DNA of 64,000 bases, taken from NCBI RefSeq assembly GCF_964204865.1, contig NC_135263.1:13206001-13270000 (forward strand), in the 5' to 3' direction. The stretch comes from Styela clava. Lineage: Eukaryota. A model generated the notes under the pieces. The model did not search any database. It was not told the DNA's origin and saw only the letters and a list, made by a program, of their open reading frames with translations. Shown here piece after piece: positions 12,301 through 25,819 of this stretch. Position 1 is the stretch's first letter. Each line of letters begins with the position of its first letter. Position numbers and translations under genes: made by a program.

Positions 12301-15300
12301 AACATTGTTATGAATGCGCTTTCCAATTTCAACAAATGACACGAAATATAGCTACCCAAAATTATTAATTCAACGGGCGTGTCCAGAAATACATTGATAG
12401 TTCGATATCCACAAAAAATGAGCAAGTAACCTATTTACATTATTCATTACTTAAATTTAAATATGGCTAGGTCAAGACGGCATGGGTCTCTCTAATCGTC
12501 GATCATTACTGTCTGTTTATGATAGGTTAATTAAAGTACCAGACCACTTGAAACACAGTAATTAACTATGGACCGTAATGATGAAATGTATACATTTTAT
12601 CAGAACAAGACAATCAATCATTCAACTGGTAGTCCCAACAGATAAATTAAAAATAATGCCGTGCAGGATAGAGTATGCATTAATATATACTATATATGGC
12701 CATGCCAACTACAAAAATTAGTTATTAAATTCGATTTTTTTTATTGAGATCACTTCGAAATAATGTCATGTTTGGGATTAAAAAGACTTGTGAATATTTT
12801 AATTCAATCGCCTATCCTCCCATGAATTTTAACTTCAATAGGCGCCATGGGCTAATTTGATGGGCTTCCGTTCCCACAAGAGATAAAACATCAAACAAAC
12901 GCGGAGCCTGAAAGGCTAGGTTACGTCAAGGTACTGTAATGGAGATGTCCGAAGCCGACGCACGCTTGACTCGTATATCACTCCCATTAGAGCTAATAAT
13001 ATGACTTCTTATGAGCTGGATGTGGAGGCAGTGATTTATCGAATGCCGTGGTATGTGTAATCCAATTTGAAGCTATTATGAATTACTATTGTCAATTCAA
13101 GATATTTTGGGATGGTTTGAAAACCGGAAAACCCCAACCGCAAATTCAATCAATTAACTATTGTGCTTCCGAGCCTTAGAAAGTTTTTGACTGTAAACAC
13201 CAATTAGTACATTCACCAAAGTTGTCGTTTTGAGGTAGGTAAATTTTTTTTTCAAATTGTTATCTCGGGCCAAACTGGGGAATGAATAAAAATTACACCA
13301 TATCCAAGCTTGTTTACGTCATAATTTACAAATACCATTATAGACTGGTCGAAACGGTCACGTGGGGTCAGGTGTCGTCTGCCAATTTACTTCTACCACT
13401 TTTCGCATTGTTCGCCTCTCGAAATAAATACTGGAAACAAGTACCTCGCGCATTAGAGACAAATTTCGGAAATGAATTGTAATGAAATGAAGTGGTAGTG
13501 TCGGTAATTGGCACAAATCCGAAATTCCCCACATAACAATTTTAAGAGAGGCAAAACGAAACGCGTGCTCATCATTTAAGTGTACATGCTGTGTATTGGA
13601 CCATTTCAAACGTTTGTCTGGGGATTAATTGTTTTCTGGACATATCAATTGACCTAATGAAGTTATATCGATAATATATTTTAAACATAACTAGATGGGC
13701 GGCTGTTTTTCAATGACAGGGCGAGTTTATGCATAATCATATTTCCCAGCAAGCCGAAAATCAGAATTCAAATAAGCTTATATATTTTATAATGGAGCAA
13801 TGAAAACAAATGACGAATAAATTTGTAACAATACCTATATTAAAACTTGGTGTACGTCGCAATTTATGCCATGAATGAATGATATGAGCAAATTTTAAAT
13901 TGACTAGCACACAATTATTCGACTATATTTTAATGATTGATTGTCTAATTCAAATCTATCGTAACAAGATAGATGTCTTCTTCAGACCTCATTCAGCACT
14001 CACATATAATCAATAATTATCAAATTAAGACTTCTGTTAATGGGCAAAAGTAATAACGTTAATAGATGGAGAGGCAGGGAGAGCTAATATTCAAGTACTG
14101 AAATACCCTTCCGAATACAGAGAAACAGAAAAGCAAATTCAAGAGGAAGCCAACGATCGTTGCCGTCCATGAATTATAGATGCTCGCCAGAGAAAATGTT
14201 CGCGCATCACCAATCCAATACAAATAAAAAAACAGTTGGTTAACTTATATACCCTTGTTATTTATATATTTCGTTATATTCATTGCAATATACTGTTGCT
14301 ATTTGCTAATAAACAATTTTGGATGGTAACAACAGCTTAAACACTGTTCGAGTTCGTCTATAACCTATAAATATATGCTATAAAATGTTACTAATACTGA
14401 TGATAATTTTCAACACAGTACCAAAACCCAATATCCCAACGGTGTTGCGTAAGACGTAATGGTGGAAAACTGTCAATCATAAATATCAAAAATTATGACG
14501 ACACAATATATGGAAATATGGGGTGAAAAACAGATTGCATGATGAATAAATCAAATGCAAATTATTTTTAATAAACTACGCATTGAATTTTATGGACTGA
14601 AATAGCCTAGCATTGAGATTTTTGCTCCAGTATCTTATAATTTGTAATTTAAATATAGCCCTGTATGAGAAAAGAAATTGTTGGAAACAACGACGTGATT
14701 GCTGAAGTCGTTAACTTCAATTTGTGCACCGCATGAAGGATATAATTGAACTAATAATTTCCCTTTGTTGTACATAATTAACATCATTTAAAAAGGCTAA
14801 ATTTGGGGTAGAATAACTAATTTTATGCCTGTTCAAACAATTGAATGTCCGGTTTTCATAAGACGTTGTATTCAAAAATATTGTTAAATTTTGAGACAGC
14901 TTTTGAACCAAATTTTCCTACACGGCTAAATGAAGTAAATTAACAAGCAAGCATAGGCGAGAAAAATTTAATCACTCAGGAGGATCGCATAGACTCGCAC
15001 TAATTGGTGTTTTGTTTTCGCTCCATCGGTCAAGCCGTTGCGAGGTTGGAGTTACTCAAAACAGATGTCAGCCTGACTTTGCAGAAACTCAATGCGGGTC
15101 AGTCAAAATATTATCTGCCACCATATATTTAATGCTAGTCCCAAATGTTTGGTATGAACAGTCAAGTGCGTACGTTATATTATAACTACTGACAATATCA
15201 CAAAAACTGATTTTTGTACCGATTTTTGTCCAATAAAATCACCCTATTTTGTTCACAAATGAAGTCCAGCTAACACAAGTCTTTTCTTGGTATACCTGCT

Positions 15301-16841
15301 CGGGTGTTGAATTACCGTACATATTTCGTTTTAAATATTATTTTATTCTGTACCTGCTGTTTGTTCTAGGAGAATAATGATATAATTAGTCCATATATAA
15401 AATAACATGTAACAATAATTTTGTATGAGTATCATATTCTTATATTAAACGGATGTTCAGTAATTCGATGTTTGTAATGTAAAAAATCCAATTACTTGGT
15501 CCAGCCATGTCATCTCCTATCCCAACAAAAATAAAAAGCGCAAAAGCTAATCCAATCATTTGCTTTTTAGTCAGTTATTTAAAGCATATCTGTTTACAAT
15601 TTCAAAAGATGTGACAACTACCGTGCGTCCGTCTAAAGGTAGATAATCCGTTTCGATTTGGTAGTAACGCCATATGCGATGTGAAAATTATACGTGCTCA
15701 GAGTAGGAAAGTCGATGTTCGTGTTTATTACGATCCATAATTCAAGAGCAAGTCAAATTTCAATATTTCACTGTTGTCTTACTTCAAGTAAAATATATAC
15801 TATGAAATTTTCCCTATCCCAATTATCGCGCGCATTTCAATCCCACGTGACAAAAAGTTTTCCAACGTACCAATACTAATTTCGTGTAGGAGTGAATATT
15901 TCCAATGACCCTTTTAGACCCTTTTTAGCAGTTGGATCACATTGAAGTATACGCGCATGGAAGTATACGCAAGAATGCCGTATGTATCCGTCGCATGGAA
16001 ATAACACATAGTTTATTTCCTAAGCAATTTTCATTCTTTGACATATAATTGGGGATTTGCATTTATCGGGGTGATGGTAAGATTCGCTAAACACTTATGT
16101 AAACACTAGCTGCATAAATTACTGAAATTATTTAGTTGGAATTAAGTCCCCCAAATAGAATGGTATGTAATTCGTATCTCCTCGCATAATTGATTCTCTG
16201 TCAATAATATGATATATACCTCAAGCTGAATGAATGAATCAGATGGGCATATAAATATTAACGGCGATATGGTCATAATTGCAATTTCGCCACAATAGGT
16301 ATTATGATGGTATTTCAAACTTGGGAGCCTGAGATGGAATTCTCGTCAGAAGCGATGTATATAAGATCTGGCAACGTATGATAGCGACAGTCATCAAACT
16401 CATTTTAATGCGATTTGTTTCTTTGAACTTGCAAGTAATGTGAAATTTATATAGATTTATGATCTTACAACTTCCCATTTAACGCACCAGTGCACTAAAC
16501 GTGTGTAGTAATTGCCAGTCATGGTCACTCTAATTGCTTCTGTACCGGAAAGCTAAGAACGAAAATCCTTTTGATATCGTGAAGTTTTGTAACTTCATTT
16601 CCAACTATTATTTTAATTCTGGTCACGACGTTATCAGAAAATGCTAACAATTTGATTATATATATTTGATTGCCTGGCCTACTCGAAACCAAATATATAT
16701 CTCTACCGAAGAGAGCGCCTCCTATCTATAAACAAATGTTTGCTAAGTAGGAATTTGGGGTTTTTAATTACATTTCCCATAAATACTTCAAGCGATATCA
16801 CATTTGAACTATAACATGAAAATAAACTTAAGGTAACTCAC

Positions 16842-16893
16842 CTTCAAAAACAAATCCAAAAATAACTAATGCCGACAAGAAAACGAACTGCAT
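16842..16893 (-). CDS. Robo-like Ig-superfamily receptor, first coding exon (signal peptide)
   Basis: ATG at 16893 gives MQFVFLSALVIFGFVFE plus 1 nt, then a GTGAGT donor. Phase 1 joins exon 4466-4678 in frame (…FEV-GAEPE…), giving a hydrophobic signal peptide. The intervening intron is about 12.2 kb. Confidence 0.75.
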
Positions 16894-16912
16894 TGCTACG
16901 TTCGTTTTTCTT

Positions 16913-17176
16913 CTAAAACATAAATTTCTAAGTTATTGACAGAATTTTAAATTGGTGTATTCCGTTGTAGTTTCGTAGTATTACTTTAAATCCACTATTC
17001 AAAGATGATACGACTGTTCCATTCAATAGTTTCAGTTTTTTCAGCTCGCCTGTTTTAAAAAGTCCCGGTAGGATGGTAAATTCTAACTTCAGTAATCACG
17101 ACATCTATTCTTCACTTCATATGTTGCGTGTATAGGCAGGCATACGTGATATATTTCCAATGCTAACGTTACTTAC
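16913..17176 (-). other. Probable 5'UTR intron of the Robo-like gene
   Basis: GTAAGT donor at 17176-17171 and a TTTATGTTTTAG acceptor 19 nt upstream of the ATG. Confidence 0.4.
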
Positions 17177-20100
17177 TCGCCCTACCGGTAACGAACTGCA
17201 TAGTACAATAAACAAAAAGAAAATTAGTTTTACGACAGGTCACAAATTGGATTAACAGCAACCGTAAAATTACGACTTTCGCGCGCAATGTGACCATCGC
17301 ACTAATGCAAACAAACATCGAAGTTTACGACCGAGCAGTAGGTTGAATCCACACGCGCGCAATACAGACAATGACAATGTCAGTGCAACACACCATATAA
17401 TACATTGTATAATTGCACCATCCCAGCGGGATACTTTGCATCAAATTTCTACTAAACTTGCTATGATGGCTGACGGTATGAACTCAATGTCTAACAAGAT
17501 GATTTTCTGTAAAATACACTAATATCCTATTCCAACGTAGCAGTAGCAGTTGCCCAAGATACCGGTGCCAAACTATCCTTTCTACGAGGTCAACTCAAAC
17601 ACAATTCGATTCGCCTTTTTGACATGCGTAATCAACGCTTGAGTGGCACTCGACAACCTGTCTGCAGGTCCGAACCCAGAAGCTACGACTGACCGGCAAC
17701 TTTTGGCAAAAGTTTACCAATTAAGAGTAATGCATGACTTAAAAATATTTCCTACTGTTATTATAATATTCTTATTAAGGGTTGTCCTTTCAAAGGTTGA
17801 TGTGGCATCGCATTCAGCAGAAACATTCAAACTTATTTTTCAAGACACGACATTGTGATATCCGCTCTGCCCGTCATTTATGAGATTATTTGTATGTACT
17901 GATATTAGTTAAACTACTGTAAATCTAAATTCTTTTTTTACAATCACTGCAAATAAAGCGGTAACTTTTAGCGTTCACATGTTTGCTACCACCAAGGTAA
18001 GCCTTAGAATTTGTTACTAGTCTATGTTTCCGCCTAAATAAACAACAATGATAAAAATATTTAGACTATTGTCTCACCTAGAAATTTATCCAACTCGGTT
18101 CTACGCTTTGAAAAATCCCTCCCAGTACACAGCGCACACTTAACGACTATCTCCCTCTACGGAAACTGAAAGCGGATTAGCACTCACGAAGAAGGCGAAG
18201 GAAAAGCGCACTGACATTCAGTCTCTTTTGCATGCTCTTCTTCTCTTCTTGCAATAATTTTGATTTTATTCTTTTTAATTCTGTAGCTACGGCATCTTCG
18301 CTTTCTTCCTAATAATGTATAACTGATTACACCCGCGTACAAAATCCTATCGAATTTTGTCATCTGACGTCCTAATCCCAAAGGTGATCTTCGTCTTCGA
18401 ATAACAAGAGTGATTTCGGGTCAAAATCGACATTATACTAACAACAGATGACTCTCTGCCAAGGCGAGCAGTAGTGAAAACTAAAATGAACATCTGACGC
18501 ATTTATTTCCACATTTACGTTCTTGAAGATTGTCGAACCGCGCAATTTTGTGGCCATTTTATTTGGGCATTCATTTCGTTTTAGCCAACTGCATCCTACA
18601 TCAAATAATTTATAAATCCAATGCGATTTATCTAATTTATACTCTATTATGTATATCACGATACTGTTGCTTTTCTGCGACTCATTAGGACCCTTCTGAA
18701 AGTATTCCGTAACCACCGTTAGCATTACAGTTAAACGTCAATTTTTAAGGCAAAAAATAAAAATCGCAATCTTAAAATGAACTTATACTCACGACGAGTT
18801 GTGTGGGACTAAATTGGATATCCTGTCTTCAAAAAATAAACTCTTCGCCGCTTCCGGAATGCCGGCGATGACACAGGCATCTGGCGGGCGACAAAGACGT
18901 TTTGCAACCGCCGCAAAACCGCAATGACCGCCTCGTTAGAAAAATAATTCATCAGTTCACGCTCAAATTTAAAACAAAACGAGGCAAAAATGCGGGAAAT
19001 ATAAATATACTTCAAACAATATATATATCAATGAATAAAGGTAATGTTAGATAAAACCCCTGTTACTCTTAATTCAGTAAAATGAATATAGAGATATTCC
19101 ATATATATTAATTACTGAATCTCTAACTTGTCCACGATATGCCTTATCAAAAATATTATTTATACCCGAACAATATTAATTAAATAAAAACGTGTCCACT
19201 GCATGTAAATAGATCAATTTCATTATAATTATAACAGAGTAAAAATATATCGTTCGTTAGGTAAGTAGACAAGGCTTCCAACGAAGGCATCGTTCGGTTT
19301 TCGACTACCAAATGAAACATTCCCTGTTCTACAATATCAGCAACATTTGCTCATAATGACTCGAAAATTTCGCGATGATCGAAATAAAACATGCTTCATT
19401 TGTATTTTTTAACATGCAACAATCATCAGAATTTACGAAACATATTAAATTATCCACGCGTAAAAGAAATACTAAAACTGCTTAGATGATTCATAAACTG
19501 GACTTCGCCAAGTTCGCCTCCAATATAAATTTAATCTCCTTAGAATTCAGTTACCTTCATCGAACTATTTAACCTTCTCTGCCATGTTAATATTATCTCA
19601 ATGGACAAGCAAACTTATAGCACGCTGTCAATACAGAATATACAAGCCACAATCGACCGTTGTTTCTTCTGTTGATTTTGAAGATATCTCCCGGAATCTG
19701 CGCGCCATTCCAAAGTACACATCGGGGAACGGGTTCGTCCACCAAGACGCGATAAGACCATCTCAAGAAAACTTCAAAAACACAACGTGACAAATTTATT
19801 GTGACCCCAGCTGTATTGAAAAACACTGAAACTCTTGAACGAGAAAGAAACTCTATTGGTGACAAAATCATGATATAGAAATGTCACACTCTCAAATGTA
19901 ACCAGATTGAAATGCGCTGTCAGCAAGTGTATTTCAAACTGTACATCCCAATGTTCAATCACACATTACCATCAAAACGTCATTAAACAACATGCTTTGA
20001 CACGTAATTAAAACATTAAAAGAAGAATTTGAATGCTGATAACAGGACCATGCAAAACAATTCTGGAATATTCATTAACGATCCTGTTTACGCGCGCTTG

Positions 20101-20795
20101 GCATGAGGCTACCTCGTGCGACGTATTCGCTCGCTGCAGAAATTGGTCAGGACGGCCCTAGCAGCAATCAACAAGATAACGTTAAACTAAGGTATTGATT
20201 ACATGTAGGGCCTCCTGGATTAAATATCACATTCATTGATTTGCTGGTAATCAGAGAGCAGTCTTAACTAGGTGGTGAATGGTTATAGTCTCGCTCGTGA
20301 CACTCAATGGATATTCACGAACCGTCATACAGACATAGTACTATCTGATCATTGTCCTGACGTGTTGTGTCTGCTTTACTGTCTTCAAGACTGGCTAGCA
20401 GTCAATCTTTATTGAAGCTCGCTCCTTTCGCTGATAAATCTCTACCTATCATTCTTTTTGAACATCAAATATAAACGATACGAATTTATAAAAATACTTC
20501 TCTATGAAGCAACGCAATATTCCATTTCAAACCTAATTAACTCTGCGATGCCGTAGCGTAGGCACACGATATTTAGAGTGCTTTTAACTACCAAGGTTGC
20601 GGTGCGAAATTAGTTTTGAAAATTTTGTATCGAATATTTTTTCTACCGATGCGGAATTTTATCTCGATCATTCAGAGTCTAATAAATGCAAATGTGAGGT
20701 TACTCTACACTACACTCTAGTGTTCAATCCAAAGATAGTAAAGGGGTTATGTGGTCGGAAATTAACATGTTTCCAAAGAGCCGGAGTCGTGTTAT

Positions 20796-23650
20796 CAGGG
20801 GCGTGACAAACTCTTCTGCTGCCCGGGGCGAGTTTCTAAAATGCTGCCCCTTATAGCTAACTTCATAAATAATTCGGGTGTTAAACAGCTTATAGATGTC
20901 GTTATACATGAGAATAAATGAAGAAAAGATCAAGTTAGATAAAAACGTTTGTTTTATTAAATAAATCGTCAAGCTAAGCAACAAACATAACAAAAAAGCA
21001 AGCCACTTTTTATTATTTCTATGTACAATCGCTACTTTACTGTCAACAAATGAGGGATGAGTTTACGTCAGTCTCAAAATGGTTAGAAAAAATCTCGCAC
21101 TGTCGTTTGAAGGTTTTCAAATGTTCAATATTTTCAACATCAATTGAGTCCAACTTTAATAAGAAGGAAAACTTGTCAGCGAGTCTACTAACGCGGCCTG
21201 AGCGTTCTGAAAGTTCGGTCTTCAGTCTGTTTGCGATTTCATTCATAATTCTTTGCATTTCCTCAATTGCTGATAAGCCACAGTCTTTCACACTTTCTCC
21301 AGGCATCATTTTTCTTCGCCTGACTCTTGTCAATGGTACATTCCACTCCTCGCAGTATTCGGATGCCGACCTGACTGCATTCTTAATAATGTCCTCAGAT
21401 TTCAGATCAATAATTCTATTAAGCCCATCAAGATCATCACTTGCCTGAATTAAATCGATCTTGAAATCTTGTAAGCGTTTTGTCACTCTCTGAACGGATG
21501 ACAAAATAGGGCACCAAAATTTCAAGAGAGAAACGAATGCTGCAACGAATGGCGAAGTAAACAAGCATCAGATTTGGTCTCACTTGAAAATTTGCCATCT
21601 TCAAAATACTCGAGACAATATATAATTTCGTGAAAATTTTCATGGATGACTTCAACTGCGTTGTAGTACGAACTCCATCTGGTCTCACAATGCTTCTTGA
21701 AAGTTTTCTTAACTTTTGGCTTCAGTACTTCCCAACGTGTTGTTGAAGATGAAAAAAAAACAAAAATTTTGTCCATAATACCAAAAAATGCAACCACTGT
21801 TGGATGAACTTCAGCTGCATGAACACATGCTAAATTTAAGCTGTGGTTTTCGCAATTGACAAACTGGGCCTGTGGATTGATTTCCAAAATTCGTTTTTGT
21901 ACTCCAGTTCGTTCACCACTCATAACAGCCGCGTTATCGTATGCTTGTCCTCGACAATCATTTATGTCAATTCCATCATCATTCAATTTCTCAATCACCG
22001 TTTCCACTAAGCTTGCCGCGTTTTTCTCAGAAACTTGAAAAAAACCAAGAAAAACGCATGGCTCTTAATTTCGACATCCTTATTCTCACTGATGTGAACG
22101 TATCTCAAGATTTCGGCAATTTGATCTTCACGTGATATATCTTGGAGTAGAATCTAACATCAGAGTGTAATATTTGGCTTTCTCTACTTCAGAAATAATC
22201 TTCTTCTTGATTATACCGGCAATAAGATTGATTATTTCATTTTGACTTTTATTCGAAAGATAGTTGACTTTGTTAGGGTTTTTCCTCGCATTCTGTAAAT
22301 GTTCAAACAAAACAACGTCATAATCTGCCAATAGTCCGATTATTTCCAAAAAGTTTCCAGAATTGTTTTCGTAAGCATTATCGTTAACCAACTTTGAAAC
22401 TCCTTCATCTCTGTGACTTCGAAACGCAATATTCTGTCTTGACAGAAGGAAAACAACATCGACAATTCGTTCAACAATAAGTCGCCATTTCTTTTTCTCA
22501 CTTGAAATATGGCTTTGGAGTTCATAATCAATTACATAAGTACATAAGTAATTTTTCAAGTCGTGCTTCAAAATCCAAATATTCACGCTTTGCATTTCTG
22601 TGACCCGGAATTTTTTCATGCTTATAAATTACTGGATTCAATTTTCTCCAGCTGCAAAACCCTTTTTCGTTACAAAAACTTGATTCACATTTTGAAAATA
22701 AAAAACAGACAAAGCAAAAGGCTGCCTGTTTGCATGGCGAATATATCAGCCACTTTCTCTGCAAACACTCTCCATTACTTGACAAAGTTTCGAACCAATG
22801 CTTAGAGAGCTCTTCCTTCTCTTTTAGCAAAAGGACCTTCTTTGTGTTGAAATTTTTCTGGTCTTGCTGAACTAAAAATTTCACTAAATGTGTCGATATC
22901 GGTTTCCTCAAACGCCCAAGGTCGTGGTCACGAAATAATTCGATAAAATTTACATCGTTATTGTTACCTTCAAGGTCATCGTTCAAAGTGACAGCATTCG
23001 CCTCAGCATTAGCACTCGCCTCATTAAAATCATCAGCGTCATCCGGAATCGAATTGTGCGACTGATTGTCACGAACAATGTCAAGATGTGTTTTACTTGG
23101 AATACTGACATCATCTTGGACGACAGTCACGGACTCATGATTTTCATCACCCAATTGATTTTTCGCCACGTATTGCTTTTTCACCCACGCATCTAAAGAG
23201 CCTCTCAGGACATTATCTTCTGCTTCCCTGCGTCTTTTCTTGCGACGATATTGAGCCCCGCTTGGTTGTATTCGCTTCATCCGTAGATCAAATTTGGAGA
23301 TATCAAATTACATAAGAAGAAAACCGAAGAATAAGTAAAACCAATCGTCGTGTTCGGCATTACTGGAATCAAACATAAACTTTTCAGCCTCGCATGCAGT
23401 AATGAGCGCGCGCGAAACTGTCGTCATGGCAAAAGATCAGATGGAGAATTTTTCCGGGGTCAAGGGTCGGGGAAACATCCATTGTTGACTCACCATCACC
23501 ACAATGACTTACACAAAACTATAACCAGCCTAAACTATAACCTAATGATTTTAATTAAATAAAAACACATCGAGAAAAACACATGTTATAACGTTAGCTC
23601 TACAGCTTCGTTTTGCTGCCCCCCACAACGTGCTGCCCGGGGCGACTGCC
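20796..23650 (-). mobile_element. Decayed hAT-superfamily DNA transposon
   Basis: Terminus CAGGGGCGTGACAA at 20796. The subterminal motif TGCTGCCCGGGGCGA occurs at both 20817 and 23631. Contains a frameshifted transposase. The matching TIR at the other end is missing. Confidence 0.85.
21043..23280 (-). pseudogene. hAT transposase pseudogene (ZMYM1-like / DUF4371 type)
   Basis: Four collinear fragments: 22528-23280 (WLIYS…AFCFVCFLF, TTF-type Zn finger), 22128-22619 (QNIAFRSH, NFLE, YLSNKSQNEII, YYTLMLDSTP), 21522-22007 (CRGQAYDNAAVMSG, CENHSLNLA, ETRWS) and 21043-21564. The C-terminal dimerisation domain (…ERSFS…) is absent. Confidence 0.9.
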
Positions 23651-24332
23651 GAGTTCATTTCAGAACCTGTCAATAGGACTAGGAGTTGTTATAGTGAAAT
23701 TACTCGGCATAAACAACACCTCATATGTATAATATACAAAAACAAACTTTTATGAGGACTATACACTTCAATGAAATTTTCAATTTAAGACAGAAACGGA
23801 AGATTCTTCTCATAAAGAATCTTATCAAATTTCTTTTAAAAACAGATTTAATATATAAAACGGAAATATGGTACATAGACAACACTATGCTACTGTAGTA
23901 CATAACATGTGAGGTCATAAAACTGCTCCATTGGCACCCCAGCAGCACATCAAAATATCACACTCAAAAATTGTTCTGTACTTGAATAGAGCAACGCCAA
24001 TTTGAATTGATAACAATTATTCTAGATCTATATTAATGGACAAGACTCATGACGAATTTCATCCATACATTTTATTTGGCTAGATACCTAAACATTTTTT
24101 TATTTTAAATTTGTAAAATGCCAATTCTCAAGTACACAATATAACAAGACGCATAAATGAGATGCATACAAAAAAAACGAGCATAAAGTTTCGACAAGAA
24201 GTTCAAATAACAGCCGAAAAGAATAACACGAGTGTAAAATTCATACATGCAAGATATATGTACACTCAATTCTGAATTACACAATTAGCATAATTAAAAC
24301 AGACTGCGTAACCAGTAACTTCATTATAGCCT

Positions 24333-25703
24333 TTACTTGCTCGGGGTAGTCTTAGTTTCATTCTCAGCCTTGGATTCCTTGTCTGTCATTCTTTCGTAGT
24401 ACCGCTCAGATTCTATGAGAGAATTGGACATTACGTTCCTCAAAGGTGGAAGGACATCTGATAAGCCGTTAAAAAGCGGCATGAGAGTGGCTCGAATGAA
24501 CTTCAACTGATCACGTGATTTGTGAACTTTATCGCGGTCCATAAATCCCGCAACTGGTAAGCCTTCCTCTTTCTCGACATCGGCTTGAAAGAAAAACTCT
24601 TCGAGAAGTCTATCCACCCAAGGTTCTGAAAACTCTAGTGGGCGAACTTCATTAGAAATATCACAGCATTTGATTAGAATCTTCTGCAAAGAAAGGGAGT
24701 GCTCTGCGTTGTCTATGCTGAACCCGTTTTTGACATTCTGTAGAAACTCTTCTAAGATTTCATTATGTAGTGCCATATCGGTTGCAAGAATAAGCTCAAT
24801 GATCATGGTGGTAACGGCTCCTTGAACCTGTTCGGAAATATTTCTGAATATGTTCAGGCTTTCCACGGAAAACACTTGAAACGCAACTGCACAATGATGA
24901 TGTTCTAGCGGAGAGCAGTTTTCATACAGCAAAGAGATATCGGTTTTTGCCTTGTTTTGATACATATTATTCAGTCCCGGGTGGTCCAAATCATGACAAA
25001 TACATGCGACAAGCAAGACACCAAGTTGAAGCGTGGTGAACATAGAGGAAAGGTCGCACTCTCTGATGATATAGTACATCATGTGAGTGACTGAAAACGC
25101 ATGGCGGAAGTTGTGAAATGGAACAGTACGATAGTTGTGTTCAACCGCCACAAGCCATGTATGAAGATCGGCCATCTCTATTTTCAACTCGTCTAAAACG
25201 CCAAGATCAAGAAACATAAATTCAATCAAGCGGAGCAGTTGGTTTGTTTCGTACTCCCAAACGTCGATGCTCATGGAAGTCACGATTCCTTCCAGTAAAG
25301 CCTCAAATTCAGCACCGCCTGTAACTTGGGCTGCCGCTCCATCAAGTTCTGGCGGCAATGTCATTCTGCATTCAATCAAGTAAGGTAGGTCGGGAGCATT
25401 TGCTTCTAGTTCATCGATAATCAAATTTCCTTGCGGGTCGCTTATTTCGATCTGAACAGCAGGAGAGAGTCCGAAGTGAGTAGCAATAGCTCGCCGTTGT
25501 TCTGCAGGGGATGATCGTTTTCTTAGATTCACTTTTTCAGGACGTCCTTGAACATCAATCCATATGGTGATTCTCTCCGATACAGATGGACTTGTTGGTT
25601 TACTTTCCGTTAATTTAGCAATAGCTGATTCGTACTCCTTCGTTCTCATCCTTGTTCGTTTCACGATCGCTTTTATATTTTCATTGGATATACCGTTACC
25701 CAT
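24333..25703 (-). CDS. PDE9: PDE9-like cGMP phosphodiesterase, single coding exon, 456 aa
   Basis: The first ATG is at 25703 (MGNGIS…); the ORF-track start at 25820 is TTG. Catalytic motifs FHNFRH, HDLDHPG, ILATDM, LIKCCDISNEVRP, EKEEGLPVAGFMDRDKV and the invariant Gln are present. The N-terminal ITIWIDVQGRPEKV resembles PDE9A (AIYLDIDGRIQKV). Confidence 0.92.
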   Translation of the reverse strand: MGNGISNENIKAIVKRTRMRTKEYESAIAKLTESKPTSPSVSERITIWIDVQGRPEKVNLRKRSSPAEQRRAIATHFGLSPAVQIEISDPQGNLIIDELEANAPDLPYLIECRMTLPPELDGAAAQVTGGAEFEALLEGIVTSMSIDVWEYETNQLLRLIEFMFLDLGVLDELKIEMADLHTWLVAVEHNYRTVPFHNFRHAFSVTHMMYYIIRECDLSSMFTTLQLGVLLVACICHDLDHPGLNNMYQNKAKTDISLLYENCSPLEHHHCAVAFQVFSVESLNIFRNISEQVQGAVTTMIIELILATDMALHNEILEEFLQNVKNGFSIDNAEHSLSLQKILIKCCDISNEVRPLEFSEPWVDRLLEEFFFQADVEKEEGLPVAGFMDRDKVHKSRDQLKFIRATLMPLFNGLSDVLPPLRNVMSNSLIESERYYERMTDKESKAENETKTTPSK

Positions 25704-25811
25704 GTTTAGTTTCGTAGAACTGACCACTTTTTGCAACAAAAACGAATAAGTAGATCTATATTTGAACAAATGATCGCCATACCAACCAGTTTCGAATTTA
25801 AACAGAGCTGA

Positions 25812-25819
25812 TGACGTCA
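25812..25819. promoter_or_regulatory. Perfect CRE palindrome TGACGTCA about 110 bp upstream of the PDE9-like ATG
   Basis: The motif is seen directly; function is inferred. Confidence 0.4.

Noticed and set aside
19584-19880. Overlapping short ORFs on both strands
   Set aside because: No recognisable domain or exon structure.
20230-20380. Possible LINE endonuclease relic (TFIDLLVIR … LSDHCP)
   Set aside because: Only two short motifs separated by stops; cannot be supported without a search.
21050-22805. Plus-strand ORFs over the transposon
   Set aside because: Antisense shadows of the transposase.
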